From Pseudomonadota bacterium (GTDB lineage Bacteria; Bdellovibrionota_G; JALEGL01; DATDPG01), in the NCBI GenBank assembly GCA_043809315.1, contig JAZDDX010000001.1, positions 1-59,459 of the forward strand: 59,459 nucleotides of DNA, read 5' to 3'. Position numbers and translations under genes: made by a program. Shown here in pieces: positions 1 to 10,070 of the stretch. Under the pieces are notes generated by a model that made no database searches, had not been told where the DNA came from, and saw only the letters and a list, made by a program, of their open reading frames with translations. Within the stretch, counting starts at the first letter, position 1. Each line of letters begins with the position of its first letter.

Positions 1-1104
1 TGGTCGGCGCTCTCGGTTCGATATGGCCAAGAGATCGATCCGAACGCGTACCCATCGTTGGTGTTCGACATCAACGGTGGGAGCAGCGCGGAGATGATCC
101 AGCTGGAGTTCGAACGGTACAACTCGGGGTCCGGTCAGGACGAGGTGATCACGCAGATCGTAATGCCGGTCCAAGCGGGGGGCGGACTGACGACCAATTC
201 GTGGCAGACGGTGACGGTCCCCATGGTCGACCTCAACCCGCAGATGCTGTCGTTCAACCGATTAGACATCCAGACGAACAGCGGTTCGTCGAACGACTTC
301 TACGTGGACAACGTGCGTTTGGTTGCCGGGAGCGGTGGAGCGACGCCGACGCCGACGGCCACGGCAACCGCGACGCCCGTTTCGACTGTCACCGCCACTG
401 CGACGGCGACCGCTACTCCGACCGCGACAGCCACGGCGACCCCGGGATCGGGTACCGGAAGCAAGAAGATCATGATGCTCGGGGACTCGATCACGAACAG
501 CACCTGTTATCCCCCTTATCTCTACGAAGACGTCCGGGCGGGTGGATACACCAACGCAACGTTCGTCGGGACGCAGCCGATGAATACCGGTACGACCGGC
601 GTCACTTGTTCGGGCACAATCTATTCACCGATCCCGGCGAATGAAGGGCACAGCGGGGCTTCGACGGGGAATGTCATCACGGGCCTCTCTGAATGGCTCT
701 CGACCCTTGCGAACCAGGGCAAAACCCCCGACATCGTCTTGATGCACCTCGGAACGAACAATTTTTGGAACGGATACTCCGCGCCACAAGGGACGCTGAA
801 CGACTACACGACGATCGTCGGTCAACTGCGCGGGGCCAACCCGAACGTGAAGATCGTCGTCGCGCAGATCATCCCGATGCTCTACACCGCCGCAAGTCTG
901 CAGTGCACGACCGATCTGGACGCTGCGATCCCAGCCTGGCGGAACTCGATTACAACGGCGCAATCCCCGGTCTACGTCGTCGATTTCGAGACCGGCTTCG
1001 ATCCCGCCTTCGTGGCGGGGGACCCCTCGCACGTTCACCCGAATAACGCCGGGGCGAAGTGGATGGCGGATCGGGTCTATCCGATCCTCGCCTCGCTCCT
1101 CTGA
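1..1104 (+). CDS. Secreted SGNH/GDSL hydrolase with N-terminal carbohydrate-binding-like domain and Thr/Ala/Pro linker (5' partial)
   Basis: Frame 1 is open from base 1. Motifs GDSIT, NEGHSG, HLGTNN and HVHPN..G of SGNH hydrolases follow a [10 protein letters not shown] linker. Confidence 0.85.
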   Translation, partial: WSALSVRYGQEIDPNAYPSLVFDINGGSSAEMIQLEFERYNSGSGQDEVITQIVMPVQAGGGLTTNSWQTVTVPMVDLNPQMLSFNRLDIQTNSGSSNDFYVDNVRLVAGSGGATPTPTATATATPVSTVTATATATATPTATATATPGSGTGSKKIMMLGDSITNSTCYPPYLYEDVRAGGYTNATFVGTQPMNTGTTGVTCSGTIYSPIPANEGHSGASTGNVITGLSEWLSTLANQGKTPDIVLMHLGTNNFWNGYSAPQGTLNDYTTIVGQLRGANPNVKIVVAQIIPMLYTAASLQCTTDLDAAIPAWRNSITTAQSPVYVVDFETGFDPAFVAGDPSHVHPNNAGAKWMADRVYPILASLL

Positions 1105-1149
1105 CGAGCTGGACGCCGCTCCGGTTATCGGCTATTCACGCGCACTCTT

Positions 1150-2238
1150 ATGAGAATCGGACTGTTCGGTTTCCCCAAAGTGGGAAAAACCACGCTTTTC
1201 AACACCCTCACCGGGTCATCGATTCCGACGGATGCCTATGCGACCGGGAAACCGGAAACGCATATCGGCATCGCGACGGTGCGAGATCCCCGCGTCGATG
1301 CACTCTCCGTAATGTTCAAGCCGAAGAAGACGACGTACGCGATGGTGGAGTACCTCGACATCGTCGGTGTGGAAAAAGGGGAGGGGGCCGCGAATGAGAC
1401 GTTCCTGAACGATCTCAAGAATGTCGATGCGCTTCTTCACGTCGTCCGCGCGTTCGAAGATCCCGCTCTTCCTCATACCCAGGGGAAGATCGACCCGAAA
1501 CGGGACATCGAGACGATGGAAACGGAGTTGATCCTGGCCGACCTGGCGGTCGTCAGCCGCCGTGTCGAGAAGCTCGAGGAGAACGTCAAGAAGGGGGGGC
1601 GGGACGAAGACAAGAAGGAGCTCGAAGCGCTGAAGAAGTGTCTCGCGTCGCTCGAGAAGGAGATCCCTCTTCGGGAAGTGAAGTTACCGGACGATGATGC
1701 GCGGCGCTTGAAGGGGTACACCTTTTTCTCGGCGAAGCCGCTCCTCGTGGTCTTGAACCTCTCGGAGTCGGATGCCGGGAAGATCGGCACGGCCGTCAAA
1801 GATTTCGGACTAGAAGCGTTCGGCCAGCGTCCGTCGGTGTCGGTCGTTCCGGTCTCCGCGAAGATCGAGATGGAGATTACCGGACTGGGGGCCCAGGACG
1901 CCGCGTCCTTCCGAAAGGACCTCGAGATCGAGGAGCCGTGTCTCGATCGCGTGATCCGGATCTCGTACGCGCTTCTCGGGCTGATCTCGTTTTTCACGGT
2001 GGGTGAAGACGAGTGCCGTGCCTGGACGATCGTCCGGGAATCACCCGCACTCGTGGCGGCAGGCGCAATCCACTCCGACATCGCGCGCGGGTTCATCCGG
2101 GCCGAGGTCCTGGCGTACGACGACCTGATGACCGCCGGAACCTGGAATAAATCGAAGGAGGCGGGGAAGCTGCGCCTCAAAGGGAAAGAGTATGTCGTCC
2201 GGGACGGCGACATCACTCACTTCCGTTTCAACACGTGA
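1150..2238 (+). CDS. ychF: Redox-regulated ATPase YchF (Obg family)
   Basis: GFPKVGKTTLFN P-loop, HVVRAF, FFTVGEDECRAW, AGAIHSDIARGFIRAEV and C-terminal TGS domain (GKEYVVRDGDI). Confidence 0.95.
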   Translation: MRIGLFGFPKVGKTTLFNTLTGSSIPTDAYATGKPETHIGIATVRDPRVDALSVMFKPKKTTYAMVEYLDIVGVEKGEGAANETFLNDLKNVDALLHVVRAFEDPALPHTQGKIDPKRDIETMETELILADLAVVSRRVEKLEENVKKGGRDEDKKELEALKKCLASLEKEIPLREVKLPDDDARRLKGYTFFSAKPLLVVLNLSESDAGKIGTAVKDFGLEAFGQRPSVSVVPVSAKIEMEITGLGAQDAASFRKDLEIEEPCLDRVIRISYALLGLISFFTVGEDECRAWTIVRESPALVAAGAIHSDIARGFIRAEVLAYDDLMTAGTWNKSKEAGKLRLKGKEYVVRDGDITHFRFNT

Positions 2239-2251
2239 GTCGACGAGTTTC

Positions 2252-2267
2252 TGGCACGACTTTCGCT
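2252..2267 (+). promoter_or_regulatory. Putative sigma54 (-24/-12) promoter
   Basis: TGGCACGACTTTCGCT = GG-N10-GC, just upstream of the ATG at 2282. Confidence 0.55.
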
Positions 2268-2281
2268 ACTAAGGATGCCGA

Positions 2282-3586
2282 ATGAAAAAGCTTCTACCGG
2301 TTCTGGTCTGCTCGATCGCGCAAATCTGCTTACATTCTGATGCGTTAGGGCAGACCCACGTCTTCCCGGAGGGGTACCTGACGGTACAGCAGGTGGGACA
2401 GCTTCTCCCATCCGTCGAGAACGAGCTTCTTGAGGTATCGAAGTCGGTGGTCCGTGTTCGTCTGAGGACGTCGGGAGAACAGCAGCTGGGTGCCGGTACG
2501 GGAACCCTCGTACATACCGAAGAAGGTGTTGTTCTGAAGAGCGCCTACCACATCTTCAAGCCGTTGTTCGACAAAGAAGGGAACTGCATCGACGGCCGCG
2601 GCAGGATCATCGTCGAGAGCGCCGACTCATCCAAAACGGAAGAGCTTCATTGCAACTCCATTGTGAATCTCAGCGACGAGGTCCGAGATGCCGATCTGAT
2701 CATGCTGAATGTATCGCCGACCTGGACCGGAACATCCCTAGTTATGCCGAGCCGGGTCGATGTCGGGGACGAGGTAGTCCTTCTTGGGTATCCGGAGATC
2801 TACCAAGACGGGATGGTTGCTTCTTTGGGACACGTGATGCTTCCGATGGACGGGACCGGCAAGAGGATTGTCCTGACCGCCTCGGCTTCTCCTGGGATGA
2901 GCGGCGGACTGGTTCTCCAGATTTCGAGGGATGGGAAGCTCAATCTCCTCGGTCATGTGGTTCATCAGCTGATCGCGGAGGCGCTGGCATCGGTTCCTGT
3001 AAAATACCGGTGGGGGGATCGGGAGTTGACGCGCCCGGTATGTCTGAACCAGGACGAACTGAACGGAATCCTCTCGAACGGATCCCATACAGCGGTCAGC
3101 TTCAAAGGGCGCCTCATCAAGACGACCCAATACATCCTTGATCGGAAAAAGTGCGATGTGGTCCGCTGGACGTGGGACTCGAACTTCGAAACCGAAATCA
3201 AGCGACAGAAGAAGCTCGTTCGGACCTTCCGGAACGATCCGGATACGGATGGAAACCGTCTTCAGACCGCGTTTACTCAGAAGTATTTCGACCTCTTGAA
3301 CGCGGCTCCGGTGAAGGGGATCAAGATGGCCGACGTTCCGATCGGTTCGTATCAGAGAACCGACGCGGACGAATTGTCGGGGGATAATTTCCGGACGGCC
3401 CTGGCAAAGTCAGCGGACGAGCTGAAGCAGTTTCAGTCGAAACTCGATCGGGTTAGGAAACTGTTCCCGAAATCGGGAAATCTCGAGGACTGGCTCAAGG
3501 CGATCGATCTTCTCGATCTTCCGCATCATCTCGATCGACTGAATAACCACTTCTTGTATGGAATGGGGGTTTTGCAGATCTGGTAA
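2282..3586 (+). CDS. Secreted trypsin-like (S1) serine protease domain protein
   Basis: Signal peptide; GAGTGTL..SAYH (His), DADL (Asp), LLGYP, SPGMSGG (Ser). Confidence 0.75.
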   Translation: MKKLLPVLVCSIAQICLHSDALGQTHVFPEGYLTVQQVGQLLPSVENELLEVSKSVVRVRLRTSGEQQLGAGTGTLVHTEEGVVLKSAYHIFKPLFDKEGNCIDGRGRIIVESADSSKTEELHCNSIVNLSDEVRDADLIMLNVSPTWTGTSLVMPSRVDVGDEVVLLGYPEIYQDGMVASLGHVMLPMDGTGKRIVLTASASPGMSGGLVLQISRDGKLNLLGHVVHQLIAEALASVPVKYRWGDRELTRPVCLNQDELNGILSNGSHTAVSFKGRLIKTTQYILDRKKCDVVRWTWDSNFETEIKRQKKLVRTFRNDPDTDGNRLQTAFTQKYFDLLNAAPVKGIKMADVPIGSYQRTDADELSGDNFRTALAKSADELKQFQSKLDRVRKLFPKSGNLEDWLKAIDLLDLPHHLDRLNNHFLYGMGVLQIW

Positions 3587-4585
3587 CTACTGAGGGAGCC
3601 CCTTCCAGAAAGCGCGGCAAAGCAGACCGTACGAGAAGACGTCGGCGTCGGTCGCTGCGGTCGTCGCCAACCCCCAGTCGTAAATGATCGGCCGCCCGAG
3701 GAGGCGGACCCGGATATTCTCGACGTGGACGAGATCGGTGTGGAAGAGACCGCCGGCGTTCGCCTTATCGATCTCGGCGGCGATCTGAAACATCGTTCGT
3801 TCGGGCACCGTCCCCGGATCGATCTCGGCGAGCGACTTTGAGAAGATTCCCCCCTTTTTCGTCATGACAAAACCTCGTTTGGTGAGGCGGATGAAGCGCG
3901 GGGCGTTTACCCCGAGCTCCTCCGCTCTCTGAAGCGCCCAGACTTCAGCGCTTCGTTGCGGCTCCATCAGGTTCGGGATCTTGTACTCTTTCTCCACGCC
4001 ACGCCCGAACCCGAGAGCGCGAACCTGTCCGAAGTTCCCTTCCGCGATCACCATTCCGGTCCGCGCCACCTGGTAAACGTTTGCGAACATCGCGATCAGC
4101 GTGATCGTATTTTCGAGTCTTCGTCCGGTCGGGGTTCTCATGAAGTCGGACGCCCGATCGAGCAGGGAGGGTTCCGGGACTTCGCGGATCTCCCCGACCG
4201 GAGGGAGCCGGACCAACGTGGGATCGGCAATCGGCCCCAGCACGGTGCGCGTCGAAGAGGGAGCGAAAAACCGGTCGTCGTCGGAATCTCTTCCCCCGGC
4301 GATCCTCTCAACGTAGGGACGGCATTGGCATCCGACGATCCGTTTCTCCGCGTCCTCTCGGACGAATTCCTCCTGATCCGGATCGTATTGGAAAGCCCGG
4401 AACTTCGCGGTGTAGGTGAGATCGGGCTGTTGAACGACCATCGATTCGATCTTCCGGACGGAGCCGGACGGATCGACGACGTACGTCGTCCGGGTGCCGG
4501 ACGCAAACGCGGCTGTAGCCGCGAAGGCTACTGCGAGAAACGATTTCGTGGGACCCCTCCCCCGTGTTTCGGCCCGATTATACAA
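3587..4585 (-). CDS. Hypothetical exported protein with C-terminal protein-kinase-like (RIO/Kdo/APH-type) domain
   Basis: C-terminal FHTDLVHVENI catalytic-loop-like and IYDWGLA (DFG-like) motifs; hydrophobic N-terminal segment; start uncertain. Confidence 0.55.
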   Translation of the reverse strand: MYNRAETRGRGPTKSFLAVAFAATAAFASGTRTTYVVDPSGSVRKIESMVVQQPDLTYTAKFRAFQYDPDQEEFVREDAEKRIVGCQCRPYVERIAGGRDSDDDRFFAPSSTRTVLGPIADPTLVRLPPVGEIREVPEPSLLDRASDFMRTPTGRRLENTITLIAMFANVYQVARTGMVIAEGNFGQVRALGFGRGVEKEYKIPNLMEPQRSAEVWALQRAEELGVNAPRFIRLTKRGFVMTKKGGIFSKSLAEIDPGTVPERTMFQIAAEIDKANAGGLFHTDLVHVENIRVRLLGRPIIYDWGLATTAATDADVFSYGLLCRAFWKGLPQ

Positions 4586-4627
4586 AAAACCGGAGCCGAA
4601 AACATCAAGAAAGAGGCGAGTGTTTTT

Positions 4628-4918
4628 CTACCAACAGTCGGCGAAACTGTTCACGCAAGCACCGGTAAACTGCCTGTATTGCTTGGTGAATTTCTTCCCG
4701 GTCGTCTTTTCCACGCAGGTGTCGACGACTTCGAAATAGCAGGCGATCTGATCGAACCCCTGTTTCGGGCAGCGGCCCCACTCATTGATGCCGCTCCGGT
4801 CGCGCACGGCGCTCGTGCACTCCCAATTCCCCTGACCGCAGATCTCCTGTGCCTGGCTCTGGGCCAGCCCCACGGCCATAGCTAGAGCTATAGCCGACAC
4901 AACGACTCTCGTTACCAT
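4628..4918 (-). CDS. Small secreted cysteine-rich protein
   Basis: Signal peptide ending AQA, 7 Cys in the mature part, GGAGG-like RBS upstream. Confidence 0.65.
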   Translation of the reverse strand: MVTRVVVSAIALAMAVGLAQSQAQEICGQGNWECTSAVRDRSGINEWGRCPKQGFDQIACYFEVVDTCVEKTTGKKFTKQYRQFTGACVNSFADCW

Positions 4919-4962
4919 TAAGGACCCCTCCTTCGGAAACTGAGAAGGACTCTATCCGATCT

Positions 4963-5583
4963 TTACTTGGATTTCAAAGTCAGGGGGGATTTGCAGGCGA
5001 TCGGGTCTTTATCTCTCAGTTCAAGTTGAACCTTGGCTTGGTTCCAGCTTTCGACCTTCAACTGATCGAAGAAAGCTTTCTGAAGCGCAACGATCCAGAA
5101 GCGGTCGGTCGGCATCGATTGCGGGTTTCGTTGCCCGACATCCGGGATCTCCGGGATCGTCACCGCCGCGCGGACCATCCCGTTCTCGGAATCGAACTTA
5201 TAGAGGACAATGGGAGTCAGGTTCGGTCGCGTCTTGAGGGAGATGGCAAGAAAGGCGATATCCTCGTTCTTGAAATCAGAACGATCGACCGAAGGAAGAC
5301 CCAGGTTGATTCGCTTCTCGTTCAACGTTTTGATGGCGGCCTCCGCCGTGTAACTCTCCGTTCCCGTGGCGGCGCTCACGCTCCTGTAAAGGCTATCCAA
5401 TTCATCCGAGTTGCGAGCGATCAGACACGGGTTCCTCAGTTTCCCGTTTCCGACATCGATGACGTAACAGACCTTGGACGAATACTTGGAGTTGTTACAG
5501 AGCGAGCTTCGGTCGTTCGTTTGTCCGTATCCAAGCGGAACGACCGAGGAAACGAGAGCCAAGAAAGTCACGAATCTCATCAC
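4963..5583 (-). CDS. Hypothetical secreted protein
   Basis: Signal peptide; start overlaps the stop of the S8 peptidase gene, preceded by AGGAGG. Confidence 0.7.
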   Translation of the reverse strand: MMRFVTFLALVSSVVPLGYGQTNDRSSLCNNSKYSSKVCYVIDVGNGKLRNPCLIARNSDELDSLYRSVSAATGTESYTAEAAIKTLNEKRINLGLPSVDRSDFKNEDIAFLAISLKTRPNLTPIVLYKFDSENGMVRAAVTIPEIPDVGQRNPQSMPTDRFWIVALQKAFFDQLKVESWNQAKVQLELRDKDPIACKSPLTLKSK

Positions 5584-7784
5584 GATCCACCTCCTGAGCT
5601 GGCCGAAACCGGAATCTCCAAGCCCGATTGATGGGTGGAGCTTACCTCAAAATTGAGGCCGGTTAACATCTCCGTTCCGCTGATGCTGATTCTCTTTGGC
5701 GATGCCAGGGAAGGGTAGGCCCCGCACGGATCCCCCATACTACAGATCTTTCCATCGCCGTTGTCATCCCGTCCCGCGAAGAGGAAGTACTCCCCCGCCG
5801 CCGGTGGATCGAAGTGGAATTGCCCGTCCGCGGAGGCGCGGACCCGGGAAATCGGAGTTCGATCTCCTCCTGCCGTGGGGATCAATACCACATCGAGGGT
5901 CTGCGACGGATCGTATCCCACCGTCAAGGCCAAGACGCCACTGCGATTCGGAGCTCCGTTCTCTTTCGACGAGATCGAGATCTCAGCGGCGTTCGTGACG
6001 ACGTCGACGGTGGCTGCAACTGCATCGTTTCCCAATTTGGATTTGTCGAAATTGAATTTCAGGAGGATCCCCCGGTCGTCCTGGGTGGCGGTAACCTTTA
6101 GCCAGTTGACGGAGGTCGCGGCATGAACCCGCGGTTCCTCCTCCCCCGTTATGAGCTCGAGACGCCCGCTCCCGGAGTTCGTCAACCGGAGCTCTGCGGT
6201 GGAACTCCCCGAGGCGGGGAGGATCCAGTCCTGGGCGAGTTGAATCTTCGCGCCGGACAGCGGCATCGTTTCGGCGGTGTGGAGAAGATCGGCGACGTTC
6301 AACCCTCCCCGGCCGCAACGTTCCTCACAACCGGTCAGAGGGTCGAGGCTTGCGTTCTCAAAAACCGCTTTTCGGATCTCCGCGAGCCCGAGCTCCGACC
6401 TCCGGCTTTTCATCAGGGCCACCAGACCGGCAACGAACGGCGAAGCCATCGATGTCCCGCTCATGTACGTGATGTCCACTTTGTCATTCGGAGGGTTCTG
6501 GGGGCGGACCCAACTGCTCAGGATCCCGTCGAAAATGCCGTCGCCATCGTCATCCGAGAGAGCTGAATACCCGCCTCCCGGGGCCATCACGTCGACGTTA
6601 CCGCCGTAGTTCGAGTACGAAGCGTACGTTTCTTTCGGTCCCAGGGCGCCGACGGCGATCACCTGGGAGTAGGCGGCCGGATAGCTCGGCTGATTCCACC
6701 CGTCGTTTCCGGCCGCGACGACCACGACGACTCCCGCCGCCGTGGCTCTCGCAATCGCATCTTCGAGAACAACGTTTTCGCCGGGGCCGCCGAGGCTCAA
6801 GTTGATGATGTCGGCTCGTTGTCCTGGTTTCTTCCCGTCCGTCGTTTCCAGAAGTCCGGCGGCGTAGAGGATCGCTTGCGCGATGTCGAAATCGGTCCCC
6901 CCCTCTTCGCCGAGGACGCGGATCGGAAGGATCTTGACTCCCGATGCGATGCCATCGACCGGGAATGACGGGGCCTGCTTTGCGGCGATGATTCCGGCCA
7001 CGTGCGTTCCGTGGAATGATGCGTTCTGGGTCGGCGGTTCTTCCGGATTGTTGTCGGGGCCCGGTTCGTTATCTCTATCCATCTGGTCATTCACCCAGTC
7101 GTACCCATCCTCCCAGAGAAGGTTCCCCTGGAGGTTCGGATGATTTTTCCGAACGCCGGTATCGATGACGGCGACGACGACGTTGGAGGAGCCGTGACCG
7201 TATTGGTTCCAGACGGCAGGCAGCTTCATTTGGGACAGTGCCCATTGCTGCGGGTTGAGCGTGGCGCTCGCTTTCCGGATGTAGTTGTGGGCCGCCCTCG
7301 AAAAGAGATGGCGCCGCTTCTTCAACCCGGTCACAAACCCCATGGTTCGGCGGTGGACGTCGCGCATCGAGGTTAGAGTTTCGTCCGAGACCTTTCCATC
7401 CCGGCTCCACTCGGTGACCGCCTGATCCTGCGATTTTCTCCAACGGGTTCGGATGTCGTTCGAACGGACGAGGTAGTAAGGAAAGAGCGACTTCGCTTTG
7501 ACGATCTCCCCCCCTTGCCGGGTGATTTCGTCCCGAGCCACCTGATCGCTTACTCCATCCTGTAGTCGAAGGATCACTTCCCCTTCGTTCCAACTTGCGT
7601 CTTGCGGGTCGCGAGCGAGTCGTTCGAGATCGGTGCCGGTACGGACGAAGTTGATCGTTCCGTTCAAGCCGGAGGTCGGTGTTGGATTGTCAGGTTTGTT
7701 GGATGAGCCCGAACTCTTGGAGCAGGCGGACGTCAGGACAATAAACAGTCCAAGCGTCCAAAAGAGGATGCGTCCCCTACACAT
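5580..7784 (-). CDS. S8 family (subtilisin-like) serine peptidase, lipoprotein
   Basis: Lipobox LTSAC; VAVIDTG (Asp), HGTHVAG (His), AAGND, SGTSMASP (Ser); C-terminal extension. Confidence 0.93.
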   Translation of the reverse strand: MCRGRILFWTLGLFIVLTSACSKSSGSSNKPDNPTPTSGLNGTINFVRTGTDLERLARDPQDASWNEGEVILRLQDGVSDQVARDEITRQGGEIVKAKSLFPYYLVRSNDIRTRWRKSQDQAVTEWSRDGKVSDETLTSMRDVHRRTMGFVTGLKKRRHLFSRAAHNYIRKASATLNPQQWALSQMKLPAVWNQYGHGSSNVVVAVIDTGVRKNHPNLQGNLLWEDGYDWVNDQMDRDNEPGPDNNPEEPPTQNASFHGTHVAGIIAAKQAPSFPVDGIASGVKILPIRVLGEEGGTDFDIAQAILYAAGLLETTDGKKPGQRADIINLSLGGPGENVVLEDAIARATAAGVVVVVAAGNDGWNQPSYPAAYSQVIAVGALGPKETYASYSNYGGNVDVMAPGGGYSALSDDDGDGIFDGILSSWVRPQNPPNDKVDITYMSGTSMASPFVAGLVALMKSRRSELGLAEIRKAVFENASLDPLTGCEERCGRGGLNVADLLHTAETMPLSGAKIQLAQDWILPASGSSTAELRLTNSGSGRLELITGEEEPRVHAATSVNWLKVTATQDDRGILLKFNFDKSKLGNDAVAATVDVVTNAAEISISSKENGAPNRSGVLALTVGYDPSQTLDVVLIPTAGGDRTPISRVRASADGQFHFDPPAAGEYFLFAGRDDNGDGKICSMGDPCGAYPSLASPKRISISGTEMLTGLNFEVSSTHQSGLEIPVSASSGGGS

Positions 7785-7914
7785 ACGAATTATGACGCAC
7801 TATGTCGTATTCTAGTATCCGAGTCAATAGATGGGGATAAGGGTCTAACCTGTCGACATCATGAAGTAATAATTTGAATGACTTTAGTGTCTCCGACGGT
7901 TATCAGAGCCGGCC

Positions 7915-9861
7915 GTGTTAGCTGTTGAGAACCTGACCAAGACGTTCGGACCTCAGATTCTTTTCGAGCGTGCGACCTTTTCCGTGGAGGACGAGGCGCG
8001 AATCGGCGTGATCGGGCCGAACGGGGCCGGAAAATCGACCTTCTTCCGGATGTTGGCCGGAGAAGAGGGGGCCGATTCCGGGATGATCCGCTTTCCGCGT
8101 GGGTACCGGATCGCGCTCATGCGACAGGATTGGATCCCCGGTCCGGACGACACCCTTCTCGATGCAGCGCTCCGGGGGCACGGCGAGTGGTTCACCGCAC
8201 GGAAAAAACTGCGGGAGTTGGAAGTTCGGCTGGAACGAGAGCACACGGAAGAAGCGTTGCGAACCTATCACGACGCCGAAACGGCGTTCGTCGGGGCGGG
8301 AGGGTACGGCGTCGAGCAGACGGCGCGGGAACTGTTGACCGGCTTGGGATTTCACCCGGAGGAATTCGCCCGCCCGGCCCACATCTTCAGTGGAGGATGG
8401 CGGATGCGGTGCCATCTGGCCGGTCTCCTTCTCGAACGGGCCGAACTTCTCCTTCTCGACGAACCGACGAACCATCTCGACATGGAGACGGTGGTCTGGC
8501 TGGAGGATTTCCTCCGGCAGTATCCACACGCGGTCATGTTGATCAGCCACGACCGGAGGCTGATCGAGAGGACGGCAAAAGATATCCTGGAATTCGCCCC
8601 TCCGAAACTCACATTCTGGCCCGGAAACCTCAAACGATTCGAAGAGCAGAAAGAAACACGGATCGCGCAGATGGAAGGGGAGATTGCCAACCGCCAAAAA
8701 AAGATCGATCAGTTGCAGGAGTTCGCCGACCGGTTCCGGGCGAAAGCGTCGAAAGCGCGCCAGGCGCAGAACAAGCTCCGGACTGCCGACTCCTACCGCG
8801 AAGAGCTGGCCGAAATCCGCGCCGCCATGCCGGTCGTGGTCCGTCGTCCCTCCCGGTTCCGTCTGAAGATCCGCCGGCGTCTGCCACGCATCGTCCTGGA
8901 GATCGAGCGGGGGCGGTTTGGGTACACCGCCGAAAAGCCGCTCTTTGATCTCGAGCACTGCATCGTCGAGGGGGGGAAGAAGATCGGGATCGTCGGCGTG
9001 AACGGCGTCGGAAAGACGACGTTCTTGAGGAGCTGCGCCGGCGAGTTACCGCTCCTTTCGGGGAAGATCGTGCGGGCCGACACGGCCGGGATCGGGTATT
9101 TCGCGCAGCACCGGATGGAGGAGCTCCCTGCCGGGTTCGAGGCGTTCGACTATCTCTACGGCGGGGCGGAAGGGAACACGATCCCGGAGGTGCGTGCGGT
9201 GGCGGCGGCGCTGGGATTGACCGAGAACGATCTCGAGAAGAGGACCGAAATTCTCTCGGGCGGGGAAAAGGCGCGCTTGAGCTTGAGCCGGATCCTTCTT
9301 TCGCGTCCGGGGCTTCTTCTTTTGGACGAGCCGACGAATCATCTCGATCTCGAGGCGTGCGATGCTCTCGTTCGGGGTCTTTCGGACTACGAGGGGACGG
9401 TCCTGGTCGTGTCGCACGATCGCGGTTTTCTCGACACACTGGTCGACTACATCCTGGAGATCCGGCCGGGGGCGGCGCACCTCCACCATGGGAACTACAC
9501 CGATTGGTACCGAAGGACGCATGGCGAGAAGATTGTGGTCACGGAGACACGCGTGGAGGAAGGGGACTCCCCGTCACGGAAGAACAAGGATGAAAAACGG
9601 AAGGCGGCGGAGGAGAGACAGGCGCGTTCCAAGGAGTTGAAGGAGGTTCGCTCGGCGGTCGCCAAAGTCGAGAAGGAGCTCAACGAGAGGCGCGTGGAAC
9701 TCCGGACGCTGGATGACAAGCTCTGCCGGGCGGATGCTCCGAAAGATCCAAACTATTCGACGTGGCTCAAGGAACGCTCCCACGCGGCGGCCGCGGTCGA
9801 ACGGCTGGAAGGACGATGGATGGAAGCGGCCGAAGCGTTGGAGAAGGCGGAACGGGCTTAG
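7915..9861 (+). CDS. ABC-F family ATP-binding protein
   Basis: Two ABC domains (GPNGAGKST/FSGGW/LLLDEPTNHLD; GVNGVGKTT/LSGGEK/LLLDEPTNHLD), no transmembrane segments, C-terminal coiled coil. Confidence 0.95.
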   Translation: MLAVENLTKTFGPQILFERATFSVEDEARIGVIGPNGAGKSTFFRMLAGEEGADSGMIRFPRGYRIALMRQDWIPGPDDTLLDAALRGHGEWFTARKKLRELEVRLEREHTEEALRTYHDAETAFVGAGGYGVEQTARELLTGLGFHPEEFARPAHIFSGGWRMRCHLAGLLLERAELLLLDEPTNHLDMETVVWLEDFLRQYPHAVMLISHDRRLIERTAKDILEFAPPKLTFWPGNLKRFEEQKETRIAQMEGEIANRQKKIDQLQEFADRFRAKASKARQAQNKLRTADSYREELAEIRAAMPVVVRRPSRFRLKIRRRLPRIVLEIERGRFGYTAEKPLFDLEHCIVEGGKKIGIVGVNGVGKTTFLRSCAGELPLLSGKIVRADTAGIGYFAQHRMEELPAGFEAFDYLYGGAEGNTIPEVRAVAAALGLTENDLEKRTEILSGGEKARLSLSRILLSRPGLLLLDEPTNHLDLEACDALVRGLSDYEGTVLVVSHDRGFLDTLVDYILEIRPGAAHLHHGNYTDWYRRTHGEKIVVTETRVEEGDSPSRKNKDEKRKAAEERQARSKELKEVRSAVAKVEKELNERRVELRTLDDKLCRADAPKDPNYSTWLKERSHAAAAVERLEGRWMEAAEALEKAERA

Positions 9862-10070
9862 CGCGGGGGGGACTTCCGCTCCCGGGCCCAGGCTTTCCGG
9901 TGCCGGTAGACCGGAACGTGACTGTCCCAGCAAAGAACCGAGCAGAAGACAAACGACGTGTTGTGCTGGTTGCAGGTCGAGACGTTGCAGATCCAGTAGG
10001 TGGCATTGAACCGAATCGGTTTCTTGCAGGCGCTGCAAGGTTTCCATGTACGCGGAAGATCGTCCATCAC
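9858..10070 (-). CDS. Small Cys-rich putative zinc-binding protein
   Basis: CxxC...CxxxxC...CxxxCWxxH pattern; start overlaps the cvfB stop (ATGA coupling). Confidence 0.7.
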   Translation of the reverse strand: MMDDLPRTWKPCSACKKPIRFNATYWICNVSTCNQHNTSFVFCSVLCWDSHVPVYRHRKAWARERKSPPR

